From a virus (Duplodnaviria > Caudoviricetes), in the IMG/VR virus record IMGVR_UViG_3300045257_000499, positions 1 through 62,479 of that record: DNA of 62,479 nucleotides; one strand, written 5' to 3'. Position 1 is the first letter of the stretch. Each line of letters starts with the position of its first letter. The translations under genes and the position numbers were made by a program. The notes beneath the pieces are model-generated. The model searched no databases. It was not told where the DNA came from and saw nothing but the letters and a program-made list of their open reading frames with translations. Shown here one piece after another: positions 57,464-62,479 of the stretch.

Positions 57464-59362
57464 ATGCCCACGCCGCCCGTCTCTCGCCAGCAGGCGAGAG
57501 AAGCCGTCTCGTTCGTCAACAAGGCCCTTAAGCAGGGCTTCAAGCTGAAGGGCGCGCCGAGCGCGATCGAGGAGGCGGCGCGGACGTTCCGCGCCGAGAC
57601 CGGGGTCCCGCTCAACCGGCAAGCCTTTCGCCAGCGCGTTCAGGCGGCAGAGTTCCGCTACGGCATCCTCCCCAGGGCCACAAAAAAACAGACCGCGGAA
57701 CCAGCCGCGGCGACTCCATCGGCAGAGGACCACGCGCACGCGCGCGCGCGGTCCCTGTCCGAGGAGATCACGCGTCTGGTCACGCGCTCGCGTTACCCGC
57801 TTGTGAACCCCGACGCCATCCTCGTCGAGTCGTATCTGTCGCGGCGCTATGACCGCAATATCGGCAAGCACGTGGTGGTCGAGGGCACCCCTCGCACCTG
57901 GCTATCCGGCACGCTCCAGGTTGCGCCCGTCGCCAAGCCGAAGGGCCGCAAGTTCCTGTTCACTGGAGCGCAGAATGACGCGCCGATCCACGAAGCGTTC
58001 TGGGCAAACCTCCAAGCCTATGCCGCGCACATTGGCGCGGAGATCGTCGTCGGTCCCTGGACCTACGAGACGCAATGGTGGTCGGAGAACAACCCGACCT
58101 CGCGCGCTTACGACACCGCGTTGTCCGATCATCTGTGCTTTGGTCAGATGCCGGTCAGCGATCACTTCGTGTTCTGCGGGGAGATGAATACGCTGCCAAC
58201 GGCAGCGCGCCCCATCTCCGACCTCGTGACGTACTCGCGCGGCCGCTGGGCCGTGTTCCCTCACGCCAAGCTACAGCTCAAGAGCGTGCCGTCGACCGAT
58301 CCGCGGATTCAAGCGCATCAAGTCATGACGTCGGGCGCCGTCACGCGCCCCAAGGTGATCCCGCGCAAGGCGGGTGTGAAGTCGATCTTCCACCACATCA
58401 TCGGTGCCACCATCGTCGAGTTCGACCGTGACGGCGACATCTTTTGCCGGCAGATCAACGCTAACGACGCGGATGGCAGCTTCTACGACCTCGACGTCTT
58501 CGCGTCGAAGGGAAATGTGACCGCCGGTCACCGTGTGCGCTCCATCGTCACCGGCGACATCCACTGTGCCAAGCTGCGGCCGCGGAACACGATCGCGACG
58601 TTCGGCTACGATCCGCACACCGGCAAGATCGTTCGCGACGTGAGCCTTCTCGATACGCTACGGCCCGAGTTGGTGTTCCTGCACGACATCTTCGATATGC
58701 AGGCGCGCAACCACCATCACGTCGGCGACAACGCCTACTCGTACGAGCAGGCCGTGCGCAAAAAGGAGTCTGTGCTCGGCGAGATCGCCGGGGTGGCTGA
58801 TTTTCTGAAAGCCATCTCGCGGCCGTGGCTGCGCCCCATCGTGGTTGAGTCCAATCACGACCTGGCGCTGGAGCGCTACGTTCGTGAGGGTCGCTACCGC
58901 AACGACGGCGAGAACATCCGCATCGGGATTCAGCTGGAGGACGCCTACCTCGCCTACCGCGAACAGGTCGCGCACGCGCTCGACCGCTACGAGTCTCCGC
59001 CGACCTTCAGCGTACTCGAGCACGCCATCCGGAAGTTCTGGGGCGACGACATTGGCAATGTCGAGTGGGTGCACGACGGCCAGTCGTTCATCGTGGACGG
59101 CGTCGAGTGCGGTCATCACGGTTTCCGCGGCACCAACGGCGCGAAGGCAACCATCAACACGTTCGCTCGCATCGGCCGGAAGATCACGTTCGCCGACAAG
59201 CACACAGCCGAGATCATGGACGCCGCCTACTGTGTCGGCGCGATGGAACTCCAGCACGGTTACAACAAGGGGCCGTCGAGCTGGACGGTATCTGATTGCG
59301 TCCAATACCCCAACGGGAAGCGGACGCTCCTCACGATGCAGAACGGTAAGTGGCGGGGGTGA
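57464..59362 (+). CDS. Calcineurin-like metallophosphoesterase/nuclease, possibly T5 A1-like
   Basis: GDIH, HDIFD, SNHD, HHG, HT motifs. Confidence 0.7.
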   Translation: MPTPPVSRQQAREAVSFVNKALKQGFKLKGAPSAIEEAARTFRAETGVPLNRQAFRQRVQAAEFRYGILPRATKKQTAEPAAATPSAEDHAHARARSLSEEITRLVTRSRYPLVNPDAILVESYLSRRYDRNIGKHVVVEGTPRTWLSGTLQVAPVAKPKGRKFLFTGAQNDAPIHEAFWANLQAYAAHIGAEIVVGPWTYETQWWSENNPTSRAYDTALSDHLCFGQMPVSDHFVFCGEMNTLPTAARPISDLVTYSRGRWAVFPHAKLQLKSVPSTDPRIQAHQVMTSGAVTRPKVIPRKAGVKSIFHHIIGATIVEFDRDGDIFCRQINANDADGSFYDLDVFASKGNVTAGHRVRSIVTGDIHCAKLRPRNTIATFGYDPHTGKIVRDVSLLDTLRPELVFLHDIFDMQARNHHHVGDNAYSYEQAVRKKESVLGEIAGVADFLKAISRPWLRPIVVESNHDLALERYVREGRYRNDGENIRIGIQLEDAYLAYREQVAHALDRYESPPTFSVLEHAIRKFWGDDIGNVEWVHDGQSFIVDGVECGHHGFRGTNGAKATINTFARIGRKITFADKHTAEIMDAAYCVGAMELQHGYNKGPSSWTVSDCVQYPNGKRTLLTMQNGKWRG

Positions 59363-59464
59363 TTCCCTGTTGGCAACTCGGCCCGCAAGGGTTGAGTTGC
59401 CCCGGGTCTCTCCGCCATAGTCCGGACCAACAAAGAACGATCCCTACCAGCGAGACGACGGAGC

Positions 59465-59875
59465 GTGCCTGTGAGGTTTTCGGTCGAGCTGTCCCAGCTC
59501 ACGGCTGGTGACGGGTTTTGGTACGTCGGCACTCCCTACACAAAATTCGAGGAAGGAATCGACGCGGCGGCCGAGGCTGCGTGTCGAGTCACCGGCGCTC
59601 TCATGAAAGAGGGCGTGGCGGTCTTTTCGCCTATCGCGCATTGTCATTGGATCGCGAAGTTTTCAGGCATCGATCCTCTCGACGTTGATCTCTGGCTCGA
59701 GCAGCAAAGCCCATTCATTGCGACCGCGCGCGGCTTGATTGTCGCGATGTTGCCGGGCTGGGACGGAAGTGACGGCGTGCGGCATGAGATCCGAAAGTTC
59801 GCTCAAGCCAGCAAGCCCATCGTCCACTTCGATCCCTTCTACGGTCAGCGAGTTCGTGGCCGCGTGGCTGGCTGA
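59465..59875 (+). CDS. DUF1937 / nucleoside 2-deoxyribosyltransferase-like protein
   Basis: Y.GTPYT, VFSPIAH.H, GW..S.GV..E, KPI. Confidence 0.75.
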   Translation: MPVRFSVELSQLTAGDGFWYVGTPYTKFEEGIDAAAEAACRVTGALMKEGVAVFSPIAHCHWIAKFSGIDPLDVDLWLEQQSPFIATARGLIVAMLPGWDGSDGVRHEIRKFAQASKPIVHFDPFYGQRVRGRVAG

Positions 59876-60013
59876 GCACGATCACGATCCCATGAAGGCC
59901 CTTCACACGCTCGCCGCGGCGTACATCAGCGCCGAACAAGAAGCAGAGCGACTTAGCCGGCTGCTGACTGGCGGGTTCGCCCGCAAAGGTCCCTTGCCGG
60001 CCAACTGACAGCG

Positions 60014-60062
60014 CGCCCCATCGCTTCGCGACTCGTACGCGGAGCGGTGGGGCGTTTTTTTG
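60014..60062 (+). terminator. Intrinsic terminator
   Basis: 17-bp stem (with G-U pairs) plus T7. Confidence 0.85.
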
Positions 60063-60089
60063 TTTCGTCGGCCGTGTGACGCGGCCAAA

Positions 60090-60179
60090 GGCTCTGGAGA
60101 GGTCTCACGACCTCGAAGGGGTGATGAGAAGGAGAACGGGCGTATCGTCACTGTACGGGCAAACGCGCGGCACAGCGCC
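60090..60179 (+). promoter_or_regulatory. Glycine-riboswitch-like variant leader
   Basis: CTCTGGAGAG-hairpin-CGAAGG-stem-GGCAAA-ACAG layout. Confidence 0.35.
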
Positions 60180-60208
60180 CCCGATCCCTACCAAGAAGGA
60201 ACCAACGG

Positions 60209-60799
60209 ATGCTCCGCAAAGCCATTGCGGCCGCGCTCGCGGTCGCCGCGGTGGTTGTCGTGGCAAACGTCAGCGCCGACTCGAGACCTCGCCATCATCA
60301 CCGGCATTGGAGGGTCTCTCAGCTGCACCGACACCACCACGTCCACCGACGTCACTATGTGCGTCGGCGGCACGTCCGCCGCTATGCAGCCGTCAATCCG
60401 GTGAACCCGCGAGGCGGGGTTTCCGAGATCTTCTCGGGCCTGCTTCAGGGCGGTGCACACGGCATGGAGTCGGTCATCAACATCGGACGGCAGACGCTCG
60501 GCGCCGGCGCCAGCCAGCTCGGTCTTCGCCGCACGCTGTGGTGCGCCGCCTGGGTCAACAAGATGCTGGCGCGCGTGGGGCTGCGTGGCACCGGCTCGGA
60601 TGCGGCGATCTCGTTTGCCCGCTGGGGCAAGCCGTCCGGCCCGGTGCGCGGTGCGATCATGGTGATGCCGCATCACGTCGGCGTGGTCACCGGCTCGTGC
60701 GGCCCGGGCAGCGTTCGTCTGCTCTCGGGCAACCACGGCCACCGCGTAGGCGAAGGCTGCTACTCGATCCGGCGCGCGGTCGCGTTCCGAAGCGCGTAA
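60209..60799 (+). CDS. TIGR02594-like (NlpC/P60/CHAP-fold) exported protein
   Basis: Signal peptide, His/Arg tract, WCAAWVN, HVG, SGN. Confidence 0.75.
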   Translation: MLRKAIAAALAVAAVVVVANVSADSRPRHHHRHWRVSQLHRHHHVHRRHYVRRRHVRRYAAVNPVNPRGGVSEIFSGLLQGGAHGMESVINIGRQTLGAGASQLGLRRTLWCAAWVNKMLARVGLRGTGSDAAISFARWGKPSGPVRGAIMVMPHHVGVVTGSCGPGSVRLLSGNHGHRVGEGCYSIRRAVAFRSA

Positions 60800-60957
60800 A
60801 ACATCGCCGAAGACGCTGCGCACCGTGGATTGCAACGTGTGGGTATGCCTCAAGTCCAAGGCGGGCAAGATGGTCGAGAACGTCGCCCAAGGCATGCCCG
60901 CGCGCTGGCGCCTCATTGCCCGCGAATAGCGAATCACAGCCCTTTACCCGAAACCCG

Positions 60958-60990
60958 GGGAAAATCGTCCCTCAGGGGGACGATTTTCCC
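60958..60990. repeat. Perfect 14-bp inverted repeat upstream of dprA-like gene
   Basis: GGGAAAATCGTCCC-N5-GGGACGATTTTCCC. Confidence 0.85.
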
Positions 60991-61067
60991 TTGGTTAGGC
61001 GCAATATGTGGTATGTGACCATGGAACGATGGCTTATCGCCTGTCGTTGTCGCGGCGAGTCGGTGCC

Positions 61068-61811
61068 ATGCTCATGACCCGTGCTCAGCCGGCACCCCGT
61101 CGAGGGGGTTACAACGCGCCGACGCATACGCGGTCGGTGCCCCTCTTGGATTTACTGGCATCGGTGAGGCGTGGCCCGTCGTGGGCCACCCATCAACTCG
61201 ACATCTTCAAGGGCGACGCTAGCGAACCTGAGGACGTGCGCCTGTTCTATGCTGGCGATATTGCGTTGGTCGCGCAGCCATGCGTTTCGATTGTCGGGAA
61301 GCGGATGGCGAGCCCTGAGGGCGAGCGGCGCGCGGATCGGCTTGCGCGCGAGCTGGTCCAGGCCGGCATCGTGGTTGTTTCCGGTCTGGCCAGGGGCATC
61401 GACGCGGCAGCGCAGCTAAGCGCCATCCAGAACAGCGGCCGGACCATCGGCGTGATTGGCACTCCGCTTTCCAAGGCGTATCCCCCAGAAAACGCCTTCC
61501 TTCAAGAGAATGTCTGGCGAGATCATCTTTTGATTTCGCCGTTCCCTGAAGGTGCCCGGGTCTATCGCTCAAATTTTCCCGAGCGCAACGGCATTATGGC
61601 CGCGATCTCCGACGCTACCGTGATCGTCGAGGCGGACGACAATTCTGGTACCCTTCACCAAGCCGTCGCATGCCAGAAATACGGGCGATGGCTGTTCATC
61701 CTCAAGAGCGTCGCGGACAACCAAGCGTGGCCAAAACGCTTCCTTCACATCAAAAATACTGTCATTCTAGAGCGAACGGGACAGATACTTGACGCGCTCA
61801 GAGACCGATGA
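61068..61811 (+). CDS. DprA/SMF Rossmann-domain protein (short form)
   Basis: VSIVG.R, VVSGLARGID, FPERN, VIVEA...SG. Confidence 0.9.
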   Translation: MLMTRAQPAPRRGGYNAPTHTRSVPLLDLLASVRRGPSWATHQLDIFKGDASEPEDVRLFYAGDIALVAQPCVSIVGKRMASPEGERRADRLARELVQAGIVVVSGLARGIDAAAQLSAIQNSGRTIGVIGTPLSKAYPPENAFLQENVWRDHLLISPFPEGARVYRSNFPERNGIMAAISDATVIVEADDNSGTLHQAVACQKYGRWLFILKSVADNQAWPKRFLHIKNTVILERTGQILDALRDR

Positions 61812-62479
61812 AGGTCATTTCCTATTGCGGCTATTACCCCGAACGCCCGCACAACGAGATTGCGAGGCGGCCTGAGCCTTATTGGAACGCCTATTTTTAC
61901 GTCTGGGGCGTCAAGGTCGGATCGCATCGCCGGGACTTCTGGATTCAGAGGGAATCCGGCAACCGCATCAACATCACGAAGGCGAATTTCGCAACCGTGC
62001 GCAAAACGTTTGGGGCATGGGCCACGCGACAGATACCGACGCTTGCGGGTGACATAGCCGAGCCCGCGCTAATTCCCGTGCCATCGAAAGATGGCGTGGT
62101 CGGTGCAGATACCTACCGGTCGCTCAAGATGGTGGAAGAGGCTTTTGCCGGAACGGCTTATGAACATTGCGTCGTTGACGGCCTTCGCTGGACCGAAAAA
62201 TTGACGCAAGCGCACCTTGGCGGGTCGCGAAACCGGGCACGGCTTCTGCCGTTTCTGACAACCAATGCGGACGTTAAAGACGATCATGCGATCCTCGTTG
62301 ATGAGCTTTATTCGACTGGCGGCTCGTTACTCGCCTGCGCCGACAGAGTTGAAGCATCGGGCGCTACGGTTCTCGGCGCGATCTCATTGGGCAAGACTGT
62401 CTATGACTTCAACACACCCGCGTTCGGCACCACCGAGGTTGACTTGACCGCCGAGCTGGCAGACTGGCCACACGGTTAA
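61808..62479 (+). CDS. Phosphoribosyltransferase-domain protein
   Basis: LIPVPS, ILVDELYSTGGSL PRPP loop; ATGA-coupled to the DprA gene. Confidence 0.85.
   Translation: MKVISYCGYYPERPHNEIARRPEPYWNAYFYVWGVKVGSHRRDFWIQRESGNRINITKANFATVRKTFGAWATRQIPTLAGDIAEPALIPVPSKDGVVGADTYRSLKMVEEAFAGTAYEHCVVDGLRWTEKLTQAHLGGSRNRARLLPFLTTNADVKDDHAILVDELYSTGGSLLACADRVEASGATVLGAISLGKTVYDFNTPAFGTTEVDLTAELADWPHG

Larger units (their letters stand above)
710..60990. mobile_element. Myovirus-type prophage or phage region (Mu-like neck, P2-like tail); boundaries approximate
   Basis: Terminase, portal, capsid, baseplate, sheath, tube, tape measure and lysis genes in canonical order; no att sites identified. Confidence 0.88.

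Noticed and set aside
61068-62479. Competence genes dprA and comF
   Set aside because: DprA is short, the PRTase lacks the ComF Zn finger, and the context is accessory

Overview
A GC-rich window, probably from an alphaproteobacterium (Hyphomicrobiales-like, inferred from GcrA-, RcGTA spike-base- and TIGR02594-like genes). It opens in the 3' part of a proline iminopeptidase gene (1-663). About 60 kb of a myovirus-type (pro)phage follows. Its parts are: a leftward array of small genes behind repeated promoter modules (710-8382); a rightward DNA-modification/nucleotide cluster (Dam, a second adenine MTase-like protein, SAM MTase, GcrA-like HTH, NUDIX, dCMP deaminase, ParB-N); two small-terminase candidates, TerL and portal; an ~11 kb accessory block (3 tRNAs, ParA-like ATPase, fatty-acid hydroxylase, trypsin-like protease, head spike/fibre genes); scaffold and capsid; a Mu-like neck; a P2-like baseplate and tail with a -1 frameshifted chaperone; lysis genes; and a metallophosphoesterase. 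The window ends in a DprA + PRTase pair resembling ShosTA/DprA-PRTase defence systems. No integrase, repressor or replication module is recognisable. The most striking unexplained signals are non-coding: (i) CCCTACCA sits 10-22 nt upstream of ~18 start codons on both strands; (ii) an ~400-nt multi-stem ncRNA candidate lies next to the tRNAs; (iii) a tRNA-Glu-like cloverleaf has an 8-nt anticodon loop; (iv) a 15-bp operator-like motif recurs at transcription-unit boundaries; (v) there are several structured leaders, including a pseudoknot and a glycine-riboswitch-like variant. All family assignments were made by eye from motifs and synteny; no searches were run.
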